A stretch of 64,000 bases of DNA from Eutreptiella sp. 'Long Island Sound 2002' (Eukaryota; Protista; Euglenida), in the NCBI GenBank assembly GCA_964036045.1, contig OZ038379.1, positions 12,276,001-12,340,000 on the forward strand, read 5' to 3'. The translations under genes and the position numbers were made by a program. Of this stretch, positions 34,771 through 46,300 are shown in pieces; positions within the stretch are counted from its first letter, which is position 1; every line of letters starts with the position of its first letter. The notes beneath the pieces were generated by a model. It saw only the letters and a program-made list of their open reading frames with translations. It had not been told where the DNA came from and did no database searches.

Positions 34771-35073
34771 ATTCCCATTCTGTATTTGATTGCTGGTGAC
34801 GAGATACACGTGTTGGCCCGGACCATTTCCAAGTACGGGTTGTCTGTTTTCAACGATCACTCCGACGTGCCTACCGACGTGGTGGCTTGCCACCAGACGG
34901 ATTCCTTCAACGTTCAAGAGGTCCGAGACGTGGCTAGCTCTCATCGCTCAGAGTGCCTCGACGAGGTCGCGAACTCTCACTTAGACGGCTTCGTACGAGA
35001 CGGCTTCGTACGTCATACGTCAACTATTTCTGACGAGGACATGCTTCCATTCGTGCCTCGCGAATCCTTGCAG
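34768..35073 (+). CDS. Candidate exon, unknown or weakly BRCT-like (GIPILYLIAGDEIHVLARTISKYGLSVF...SDEDMLPFVPRESLQ)
   Basis: Protein-like open frame ending at CAG|GTGAAG. The 3' part is duplicated and decayed at 35501-35611. No clear acceptor. Confidence 0.25.
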
Positions 35074-35861
35074 GTGAAGATTGTTTCGCGCACATTGTTT
35101 GTGTCGTTGCGTCGGACGGATGCTTGGAGGATGCTCTTTTTTTATGTGCACTGCACATTTGTGTACAGTTCCAAGTCGTTCTCAATATTCCGTTCAACAC
35201 TCAAGGAGTCGCGTTTGGCCACCAGATGCCCTCGTGCTCTGTGTTGAAGCCACCAAAGACCCTGATTGGGAAAAAGACACAGCGAGGAAAGAGCTTGCTC
35301 CCCAAAGCAGAAGCACGAATTTGTGTCGTTACCTTTTTTGTGTTGCTTTGTGTTCAAACAGTGGAGAGTTCAACACAGTTCAAATGCATCCTTTTTTTGT
35401 TTGCATCCAGTATGTAGCTCCAAGGGGTCCGAATCCAGCAATGCACACAAAACACCAGCTCTACCAAGTGCCAGAGAAGTCCACAATGTTGTTTTTGTCT
35501 TCAGAGTGCCGCCACAAGGTCGTGAATTCGTCTCTGCAGTTCTTCGACGGCTTTCGCACATCGTACGTCGACTATTCCTGACGAGGACGTGCTTCCACTC
35601 GTTCCTTGCAGGTGAAGCTTGTTTCGCGCACGTTGTTTGTGTCGTTGCGTCGGACGGATGCTTGGAGGATGCTCTTTTTTTATGTGCACTGCACATTTGT
35701 GTACAGTTCCAAGTCGTTCTCAATATTCCGTTCAACACTCAAGGAGTCGCGTTTGGCCACCAGATGCCCTCGTGCTCTGTGTTGAAGCCACCAAAGACCC
35801 TGATTGGGAAAAAGACACAGCGAGGAAAGAGCTTGCTCCCCAAAGCAGAAGCACGAATTTG
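34948..35861 (+). repeat. Tandem segmental repeat (34948-35323 vs 35501-35861)
   Basis: Near-identical 3' parts; more diverged 5' parts. Confidence 0.85.
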
Positions 35862-37278
35862 CTCTTTTTTTGGTTACTTTCATGAAAACCTGTCCAGCTT
35901 GCAATGCAAAAGACTCCACAGTTGCAATGTGTGGTAGGATAGATGCCCAATTTTTTTGGGGGGGGCGGGGCTGCTATAACATGGGCATGACCTTGAACCA
36001 CATGGGCGGTCTTTCTTTGGGCTATGTCAACATAGTGTTGTTGGTGGTGGCCAGCCGTTAGGTCAATTCCGCCGCAAGCCTGCCCGCCAGCTGTTGGAGT
36101 TAATAGTTGCTGGCCCTTTTTTTATGCAGGCGTAATTTCTTTGTGTGGTCTGTTGTTTGTTGAGTTTGGGTATTTGTGGCGGTTTGTAGGTGTCCTAGAA
36201 TAAGTTGCATGCTTACCACCTTTTGTGCTTTCTTGTTTTGTGTTGTCTTTTTTTTGTGTTGGTATTGTGTTGTTTGAGTGTTGTGTGTGTTTGACTTGCC
36301 AATTGGACAAGGCAGTGGCCTTGTTGCTACCTTGTGTGACTCATTTGGCCATTATTTATCCTCTTGCTCGTGTGTGTATGTGGTAGATGGAGTGTAGATG
36401 CATCATTGCAAAGCCTATGTAGACAATGCTTGAATGCTCAATCACACACATGCCGCACATTTTGTGTTAGCCATCCACCCACTTGGGCCAAAAGGTGCCA
36501 GGCACTTGAGAATAGGTACAGTGCATGAGCGTCATCACATTGAGGTTTGTGCTTTGACACCAAACTGTGCATGGGAAATTTGGGCACAATGTTGGAATCT
36601 GGGATTGTTGGTATGCAAACTTGAGCGAAGTTTGCAAAATGGAAGTGCTTGCACCTAGGACATCATTGTTGACCACGGACACAACAATTGGGGGAGACGC
36701 AACACACAGAGCATGCAATATCAGTGGCTATGTAAATGTTGAGTCTAGATATGAGCACCACCTTATTACATAGGACAATGGCCCAAAGGAGACTAAGGTG
36801 TTGTCAAGCCGGGGCCCGAAAAATAATGAAATTTTCGACAGCTGTTTTTCGGGCAAGGGGGGGGTTCAGCTATCGGCACAGGATTCTACCCTTGCCATTG
36901 TGATCCTGAAGGGCTTGGCTGTTTTGAGCCACAAGAGTGGAATAATCGAAATTTCTGAAACAGATTTGCCATGCATGGTGGTGCAAGTTGCTTGTGCATC
37001 ATCTTTCTCTTCTTTTTATGTTATTTTCACCAAATTCGTCCCTGGATGCTGGGGACAGCGCAGACGTGTGCTGCGCGAAGTGCAAAAGCATGACCTGTGT
37101 CTACGCGTTGCAATAACACCTATCCGCAACCTCTTTACCAGCAGCCATCGTAAAAAATGCGTTTTCATTGCACTATACGAAGCTGTAGAGAGGACACGAA
37201 AGTACCACATCTTTGAGTTGCATGCCCATGTCAGATGATGGAATCGTTCCAACAGCCTCCGTCCCAATGTCCTGGCAG

Positions 37279-37448
37279 GTAACCCACTTGGTCTGTGGTG
37301 AGAAAGGGCACACCACCCAAGCTTACGACAAAGCAGTGCACAACAACATTCTGATCGTCACGGAGGCTTTCGTGGCTCATCTGCTGGACCACGGCACAGT
37401 GCCCAGCAGCAGCATGATCTCAGAGTTCGCGTGGGCCCCACCTGAATG
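37279..37448 (+). CDS. BRCT domain exon (C-terminal half)
   Basis: CCTGGCAG|VTHLVCGEKGHTTQAYDKAVHNNILIVTEAFVAHLLDHGTVP matches the BRCT pattern VTHLI...A....IV...(W/F)+. Donor TG|GTATCA. Confidence 0.65.
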
Positions 37449-37536
37449 GTATCAGTGCGCGATGTGCATGTTCGGCCTAGGTGCGGGTAGGCTTGCATGT
37501 ATGCGCTTGTGCGTGCACTTTGGCGCATGAATATAG

Positions 37537-37730
37537 CTCCAATGGTCCGCGTTGGGGCACCTTTGGAGAGTCATTTGGGCAGGGTATGTCCAGCGATTGG
37601 GATGGGGTTAGGGACACGCTGGACAGGGTCCAGATTGCAAAAAGTGGGGGTGGTGGCGGTCAGAGTACGTGCCGTCAAATTCGGATTCCGAGCCATACAG
37701 CCAAAGATATCGTCCACCGTGGCGAAATAG
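37537..37730 (+). CDS. Exon with a PARP-type zinc-finger-like start
   Basis: The phase-2 acceptor ATATAG| matches the previous exon. LDRVQIAKSG...STCRQ...IVHRGEIG resembles YRVEYAKSGR.SC..C...I.KGELR. The 3' end and second Cys are uncertain. Confidence 0.35.
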
Positions 37731-38965
37731 GTCGCCTCACGCTCTGCGGAGCCGTGTTGAAAGTTGGAACTTGTGGCTAGTCGCTGAACAAGGTTGGTTT
37801 TTTCATCTGCGACTTGCCCTCTGAAGTGGGCGGAACCCCAAGTGAGATCAAGCAAAAGGAGAAGCACAAGTGTCCAAGTCCATCGCTGGGAGTTGTGCAT
37901 GTGAGGACCTCAAGGCACTTGACAAAAGAAAAACGCCTGCCACAGGCATATGCCACAAAACTACGGCGGAAGTTTTGGCACCAAAGTCCCAAATGTGCAG
38001 CATTCAAGCACAAATTAGCAGATTCGCCTTTGTTGGATGCAACAACTGCAAACACAAGGAGCCTTCGAGGCACCATCGGACAAGTTGGGCGGCCTGTGAC
38101 ACGTGGGGCAGTTATTGAGGCGTGACCCAGAGTTGTCTTGGAGGTAGAGGCTGGAACAACCCTCAATGGCGCAGCAAGGGAAGTGAAACTGTGGCACACT
38201 CACCGCTAAATCTGCGCTGTGGCCGGTTTGGGGCACACTTGACTGGACGGACGTCGCCGAACTGGACGGTTTCCACAGGGTGTTTTCCCAATTTGGAGCC
38301 CACAGCGATTGTTCAGGTCAGGGCAGGTTACGGCAGGGCAGGGCACATGTGGTTGCATAAGGGGACAGGAGTAGAGTTGAGCCCACAGCGTTGGGATGGG
38401 GTGATTGACACAGCTGCCAGTGGACTTGCTTGTTGCTTGCTTGCTTCGTTGCTGTAGTGAAGGACAGAGGGCTGTTGTAATGCAGACTGTAATATCTGAC
38501 GGGATATTTGGTGGCTCAATGACCCATCGTTCCCGAATTCCTGTGCCCCTTTCCCCTCCTCTCCCCCCTCAGAAGACTCAGTGGCCCGGAACCTCCTGGC
38601 CCGGTGCTACATTTGCCACATCAGTGGTAGTGGCGAGCCCCCTCTATATCTTCACAGTCTTGGGAGGGCCTTCATGAACAGGTTGCCATCGCCAGCATGG
38701 CAGGGATGCCACAGGGGCAGAAGCACCCCTTGTGATCACATGGACAACTGACACACTCTCACCCACCAATACGCCCAGAAGTACTCACCAGCACATTTAC
38801 TGAGCCTTTTTGGCAATTTCCCACACACACACAATTATGCACCACACTTTTCCTCTAGTTCCTGTGGTTTAGCCCCATTACTTGGTGAGCAATCCCAGAG
38901 CAACGAATCTCCGGTCATGGTATTTCTCTCAAAACCAATGGCCATCTTGACTGTGTCTTATTCAG

Positions 38966-39024
38966 GATATGGCTTCATCTTTGCTGGGCATCCAAAGCAG
39001 AAGACCCGCAAGGAGTGGATCGAG
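38966..39024 (+). CDS. BRCT domain exon (N-terminal part)
   Basis: TCTTATTCAG| gives GYGFIFAGHPKQKTRKEWIE, then |GTATGC. It splices in frame to 41352. Confidence 0.75.
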
Positions 39025-39049
39025 GTATGCACCATCAGCAGTTGAGGCT

Positions 39050-39430
39050 GTACCACGTTGCAGAAATTGCAATGTGGAGTGCAGAAAATGTGGTTGACAT
39101 GTGCTGCAGAAAATGCAAGGCGTGTTGTGGAAATGGTACACAATCGAACGAAAGTGTAGCGTGTGTTGCAGAAAGGTCAATGCATGTCGAAGAAAATGTA
39201 GTGTGTGTTGTAGAAGATGTAATCTGCATTGTAGCCAATTGAATGCGCATTGTAGAGAATGTAACATTTTTGCATGAAATTTGATATGCCGTGTGGAAAA
39301 TATATCGCGCGTTGGAGAACGCTTTACTACGTATTGTGGAAATTATAGTGTGTGTCATGTCATTTTGTAGAAAACGAAATATGCAGTGTAGGCAATACTG
39401 TGCATTGTAGAACACAGAAATACGCGTTGT
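39050..39430 (+). repeat. Degenerate short-period tandem repeat (TTGTAGAAA/TGCAGAAA motifs)
   Basis: Motif recurs more than 10 times in the BRCT intron. Confidence 0.6.
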
Positions 39431-40805
39431 AGAAACGGGAGGGGGTAATCCACAAAACGGGTTGTCAATTTTTCGGCCGAATTGCTTAAGATTATTGTCA
39501 CTGGGGGGGGGGGGGGGGCTGAAATCTCCAAAAAAAAGGGATATTCGAAGAGGTATCCGTCATGGGGGGTCCTGAGGCCATATTTTTGAGTACCGAAGAC
39601 GCAATTTTGAACTTTTCATGGTTTCGACCTGCTGTTGGCTCAGCTCCCGGCGTCTCGACCTTGCTCCCCCCCCCCCCCCCCCAAATCCTCCGACATATTG
39701 TCAGTGAGTGGTCAAGTCATTGAGGGTGGATTGGTTGCATTTTAATGTTTAGAAGCCATGTGCAAAGTAGCTCCCCTCATCCCAATGATATGTTGGCTAA
39801 TCTGAACACTAACACCCCTGTGCAGCCTGATGCGAACTGGCAGCACCATGGGGGGTGCCCATGATGGTTGTGCCAAGTATTGTTGAGTTGAGTCGAGCCA
39901 CTTTGCACATGGCTTCTACACATCAGACGCAACAAATCTACTCTGAATGAATATGACCTCCCATTGACACTATTTTGAAGGAATCGGGCCTGTAAGATGC
40001 CCGGGATGCAGCCTTGCCAGATGTTGGTGAAAACATGGCAAAAATGATACAAAATCGGAATCTCTGGGCAGAGGATTTACGGACAGGCCCCAAAATCTTC
40101 AAAAATGGATTCCCCACCCCTCTATTTTCAAAATAGAGGGGATTCACCCTGGGACTCCTCAAACATGGGCATGCCATACGTACATGGCAAAACCGACTGA
40201 ACATGGGACCAACACAGCCCCATCATTTCTGGAAAAATCCGTTGTTGACCCCATTTTTAACGCACTTATGGGCGCCAAATGGCCCGTTTTCAAAGGGTTT
40301 CGGGACTGTTCGGGGGCCACACAGGGCAGGACGGCCTCAAAACAGGCTGAAAACACTCGTTTTGGGCATCCCAAGAGGTCTGGGAGCAATTTTGGAAGAC
40401 GTCATTCTACAAACCCTGATTGCTGGGTTGTTTATGTCGCATTGTGTTCAGATGGAGCAAGTGTATTGGTTGGTCCGTTGTGCCCCATGACATTGCAGCC
40501 CTTCGTTTTGCTGCTGGAGGAGATTTGGACATTCTGTCTGATTTCTGTAGAGCCATGGTTGTTGGGATTTTGAATGTTGCTGCTGGCCCTGCAGCAGTCA
40601 CCCTTGTTGCCCAGTTGTGGGACCCTGTGGCTCTTCTAACGTGGAAGGGTTTGCTTGCCTCATTGTCACATCAGCAGCGATGAAGACTTTGAGTGACACC
40701 AAGATTGAAAGTGCCCGAAAACGGATTGGAAAGTGTATGGCACTCCTCGAGTTCAACCAACCTATGTGTGTGGCATGGACTGCGTGCGATCCCATAGTCC
40801 AAGGG

Positions 40806-41983
40806 CCCGCACTTCTTGTTATGAACAGGAGAAGGGCACCCAAACATCCTTCACAGGAAGGTTAACTTCACAAAAATGCCGCCAAGGAAAAACAGGAAAA
40901 TTGAAGTATCTTGCGACGCCAGGACCATTGCAGAAATTCAGTTGGCAAAAAAAACAAACAACGGCAGATAAATGAACACGGTCTTCTGTTTTCTGGCGGC
41001 CTTCAAAAATTGCGAAAATAGAATTCAACAGAATTGGTATCCCGCGTATTCTCTGACACCGCTACAGTCTATCTGGATGAGACACTGGATCGGGCCGGTG
41101 TCGAATATCTTGGTCTGTTGCAGCATCAGCTGCTGCTGTGTTGAAAGGGTGTTTTACCTTGCTGTGAATGGTCCTCCACCTTATCGTCATTTCACCCAAA
41201 CTTGAAAGGGGTTGAATTACGCAGTCTGGCGTTTCTGTTGGTTGCAATCTACGCCGTGTCTACCGGCCTCCATGGCGGGGATATCCAGTTGACCGCAGGA
41301 GGTTAGGTCTGCTGCACTTGTGCCCATTGAACCGTTTCCTCTATTATACAGGAACTGGGGAGTCGTGGCTGGTCTGTGGCCCGGACGCTGACCTCCGAGG
41401 TGACGCATTTGGTGGTGTGCGAGAACGGGGCTGGCACCGCTTTGCACAATGCAGCCCACAGAAAAGCTGAGGTTGCGGTTGTTACAGAGGATTTCCTGGT
41501 CCACCTTGTGGAGACTGGGGAGGAGTTGCAGTCCACATTTGTGGCGGCCGAGGACAGTGGTATGGGGATGATTGGGTCGGGCAGGTCCGGAGGGGATGTC
41601 TGCCGCGAGGGAATTTCTCACTGGCAGGGGTTCGTTGGGTCACGGTTTCTCCCGTGTGGGCCGAGGGGTGGTGGGGCTGGACAAATGTTGGTTGCCACGG
41701 GGATTTATTTCTTTTCTTCTTTCTTTCGTTTTTCCAGGAAAGCCTCAGGTTTTGGGGTGGCATTTTTGTGGCAACCCGACAGTGGTTGGCGACGCAGTAA
41801 CCCGCACTTCTTGTTATGAACAGGAGAAGGGCACCCAAACATCCTTCACAGAAAGGTCAACTTCACAAAAATGCTGCCCAGGAAAAACAGGAAAAATGAA
41901 GTATCTTGCGACGCCAGGACCATTGCAGAAATTCAGTTGGCAAAACAAACAAACAACGGCAGATAAATGAACACGGTCTTCTG
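40806..41983 (+). repeat. ~183-bp direct repeat pair (40806-40988, 41801-41983) flanking the BRCT exon
   Basis: CCCGCACTTCTTGTTATGAACAGG...GAACACGGTCTTCTG occurs in both. Confidence 0.9.
41352..41559 (+). CDS. BRCT domain exon (remainder of second BRCT)
   Basis: TTATACAG| gives ELGSRGWSVARTLTSEVTHLVVCENGAGTALHNAAHRKAEVAVVTEDFLVHLVETG, then |GTATGG. With 38966-39024 it forms a complete BRCT. Confidence 0.8.
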
Positions 41984-43152
41984 GATTGCATCGGGTCAGC
42001 TTCCACTTATGAGTGTTCATCGGGAGGAGTCCTGCACACTGTTGGTGACGCACAAATCTCCCTCATCAGCCGGTGCTCTGCCTCAGGGCGCATCGAACGT
42101 CCTTGGGGTGCAACGGAATCAAAAACGTGACATTTTCCGACTAGAAAAATTTTGAGTTTGTTTCCAAGCACCGTTTATTGCACCTGATTTTTTTTTTTTT
42201 ACTGTATTTGCAAATGTGCTTGAAAGAATCACAGCCATTGAAAACACCATCACCCCCTTGTTTGCCGGTCTGGTTACAACATGGGCTAGGTGGTCGTTTG
42301 ACTCCTTCCCACGATGGGGACTCCATATGGTAGTGGATGGTGGTGGTTAGGCGGTCATTTGATTCCTCCCCTCTTTGGGCACCCTGATACGGTATGGGTT
42401 GTGCAGCCATTTGACTCCTTCCCGGCTTGAGGACCCTGATGCTGCATGCTGCTTTGGGCAGGTTAATGCATGAGTTATGTAGTCATTTGATTCCTCACCG
42501 CTTGGGGACCCTGGTAAAAATCTGTGAAGGAGAATTTCTCCCCTTAACTCACACCACGTGTTCAAGGCGTGCCACCTGCCACTCCAAAGCGCCAAATGTT
42601 GGATATCTCTCAAGTGACTCCATTGCCCAGGAAAACTTGACACAACACAACCCCACGCCACAACCCCCGCTTTAAGTTAGTGGCCTGGGTGTGACATCAC
42701 CGGTTCTTTGCACTGCGGGTATGGTCAAACACATGGGATTGGTGTTTGCAGTTCAAGGCATGTGTTGAAACATGCGATGCTGGTGTGTCTCCGCGCCTTG
42801 CACGTTTGAGAAAAAAAAGCTTGCTCTGTGGCCTGCTTCTTTTTTTTTCTTGTGGGGTGGCCGTTGAACCCGCCTGTCATTTGTACTTGTGGGACCCCAA
42901 GCGCAATCAGCTGTACAAGCAAGCTCTTGTGGATGGCCCAAGCAACAAAGGCATTCCAGCACCGACCCCTTCACATTCCAATGTGGGGACAGTTGCAGTT
43001 GCGACTGTCATCGATGTGTGTGGATTTGGGCGTGTTGTCACCCAACCATATGTCACTCAGCTTTGTGAAGCATGATCGGGACATTGTGAATTGCACCCCT
43101 GGGGTGCAATCGGCGTTTGTTTGAGTCCTCTGACCGTCCATCTTGTTTCTCT

Positions 43153-43352
43153 NNNNNNNNNNNNNNNNNNNNNNNNNNNNNNNNNNNNNNNNNNNNNNNN
43201 NNNNNNNNNNNNNNNNNNNNNNNNNNNNNNNNNNNNNNNNNNNNNNNNNNNNNNNNNNNNNNNNNNNNNNNNNNNNNNNNNNNNNNNNNNNNNNNNNNNN
43301 NNNNNNNNNNNNNNNNNNNNNNNNNNNNNNNNNNNNNNNNNNNNNNNNNNNN
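43153..43352. other. Assembly gap (200 N)
   Basis: Run of exactly 200 N, typical of a scaffolding join. Confidence 0.99.
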
Positions 43353-46300
43353 CTTTTGGCTCATTTTTTACTGTGCGATGCCACCAGCGGGTGTTCCCTT
43401 CAATGGATCTGCACAGCGTGTGATATGTGTGGGCCGGCGAGTGGGTCTGTCACATGGCAGACCACAAGGGGGCGGGGGGTTGCCTAGTGCACACAAAATG
43501 CGTGCACCTGCAAAAGGGGGGGGGGGGGCGCCACAAGAGATGTGTACAGGATGTGATATGGGCTGTGAAATGAGTTGTGCTGATCTTGGAGATTAACCCC
43601 GGTCTTTGATCTCCTGCGTGGCCAACGCTCGCCAGTCTGCACGGCTTGCGTGTTGTAGGAGCAGCTGGTGCTTACACAATGTAAGTGGGTGGAGCTGACG
43701 TGGGCGGACCCCGAATCCAGTGATCTGCTGCAGAGCCCTGACGAGGGCACCATCATGGGACGGTATGTGTGTGTGTGCCTACGTGAAAAGAAGTGCTGCC
43801 CACAAGGGGGGCCTTGGGGACCGGCATGATGCTCTTTGTTGGGCACTGTGCAAAGTGCGTTGCCACGGGTCTTGTGGGGGCCCTTTTTGTTCTTCTTTCT
43901 GCCCTCGGGACCCCCCCCCCCCCCTGCACCTGGTGCACCGTCCTGCCAGCCGCCAACCGTCGTCAGTTGACCGCCAACCGCCGCTGTTGAACCGCTGATT
44001 GCCCCTGTTCATCGAGGGCCCACCAATCCGTCCCTCTTTGTGACAGAAAGGTACCCATGGTCCTCCACAGCCACTGACGGGGCTTTCTTCTGCTTCATGC
44101 GCTGCTAACGCTTGCCGGCTTACTGCCACAACCCAGTCTTCTTTCTGGGCCAAGGGGGGGTTTCCAGGTGAGAAATTCTGTGGAACGAATCCTGCACGAC
44201 AGTTGTGTAGGGCTTGTGTGGCATATTCTCGTAGCCCCACCACCACAGGCCAAAGCGCACTACAAAAAATATGATGTGATTTGACATGCACACAGCACAA
44301 GTTTCCTCAGTTTGGCAGTAGTAGGCTCCTGCCAAGCATTCAAGTACTCACCCTCGTCTGTGCCGACCGGCCCAGGTCTGGCGCGAGGCATCGTGTGCGC
44401 GTCAAGACCAAGACTGCAGCCTATGGTCTTTGCAGTCGGCCCTCGCACTGTCATACAGCCCTGTTCCAACCATCCGTGGTGTGAACGCCTGCCGCCACTG
44501 CCGTTGACCGCCAACCACCATCGATGCAGCACTTGCCATGAAATCCGGGGCCAAAGGCGCCGAACCAAACCTCTATTGCCTTCGGCAACACACCTCAAAG
44601 CGTAGAGGGGACTGTGTTACCTGTGGGCACACGACGAGTACCACTCACATGAATGCGGCAAGACTACGCACCTTCATATATGAGCTTTGAACATGGTGCG
44701 TGGTCACATGTTGAAGGTACGGGTTGCTGTGCTATTGGGGCAGCAAACTGGTTAAGCAATTTGTGCACCAGTTTCTTGGGGACTCCCGTCCACAGCACCC
44801 AAGGCATATGGCCATTGCCAACCAGTTCCGAATGTTGCCAGAGGGGGGGGCGGGGGCGGGGTGAGACAAGTCTCAAGACTTAGGTTGCATTGGTAACATA
44901 GGCAGCGCAAAGCAAAACACAAATTCAACATGCATAGAAGACACCACCCCCTGCCATGATGCCGCGATGATCATTGCCAAGTGATCATTGTTGCCGGCAC
45001 CACTTGGCACGCCTTTCCGTGATCTTTTCCAGCAAAGGCGGTACCGCACGCTCGTGTCCGATTTAACAGGAGGCCACGGATATCCCCGGATTCCACAACA
45101 GCCACAAACGGACACCCATTGGCTTCACATCTTGCGCCTGAGCGGGGGCGGGACCGGTGATGTGCAATATGCCGCAGACACAGCTTTGGCCGTTTTCGGA
45201 TGGCGGTAGTTGTATTGTTTTCAGGCGTTTCGGCCGTTTTTGCACAGCGTTATTTGGATTAATTTTTGGCGATTTTAGCCATTTTCGGACACCGCTGTTA
45301 GCCCACCATTTTCTCGAGGGGTGGCAGGTCATGGCAGCAATTCATTAAGAATTTTTTTGTGGGGGAGGGGCAGAGTTTTGCTTAACAACTCAGCATCTCC
45401 TGGGGGGGGGGGGGGCTAACACCCCTCCCTCTCGGACCCGATTTGACCAACACCCATGATTTCATGATCTTCGAGCTTTGCAACTTGCATATCTGTTCAT
45501 AAGAAGCATCAACATTGCGAGCACATATTCAAATTTCGTCCCAAAAAAGTTGCCTTTATACGCGTAGTCATGTGGTACCTGGCTTTTGCGGTTAATAGTG
45601 CCGTCAAAGCGTTAGGAGGTTGATTTTTTTGACAGGCAGCATCTGACAAACCTACAGAAGCCAGTGATGCGATTTGAAACATTGTGGGAAAAAAGTGAAA
45701 TGTACAACAGGAAATATTGATTTGGGCTAATTTTTTTGGTACACAAACTGTTGGACTTTTGGGTTCCAGACCCCCCGCGCCCCCTTTTAAGCAAAACTCA
45801 GGGGAGGGGGTCAAAAGAACCCCCCAAAAACGTGGTAGACCTCAAAAGCATCGGCAAGCAACGCCAATGCGCACACTCGGCACTGAGCAAAGGGAAGAGG
45901 GTGGGGGACGGTTCTGGGCCGGGGGGGGGAGACCACAAATACCAGAGGTCTTCGAAGGAACCCCCTGTCTCTCAGTCGCACACCCGCTCTTCTCAGGCGA
46001 AGAATGGAGCCGGCGGATGCACAGCCCACGTGCAAATCCGTGGTGGAGGAGGACTGACCCTGGGGTCCTGGAAGAGGGGTTACAGTTGGCGATGGGACAT
46101 GCGAGCGGAGCAAGCAGGCGGTACCAATTCGGAACGGCTTGCAGTCCATGCTACAGGAGGCGGATCGTGAAGATGGCTGCTCATAGGAAGCCACTCTGCG
46201 TCGAAACCTGAAGGACCGCACCAGAAAGGCGCACACGGGGGCGGCGTACAAATTCTTGGGGCACAGTGCAGAGCTGCGCAGGGGCGCAGGGTGGGACCGC

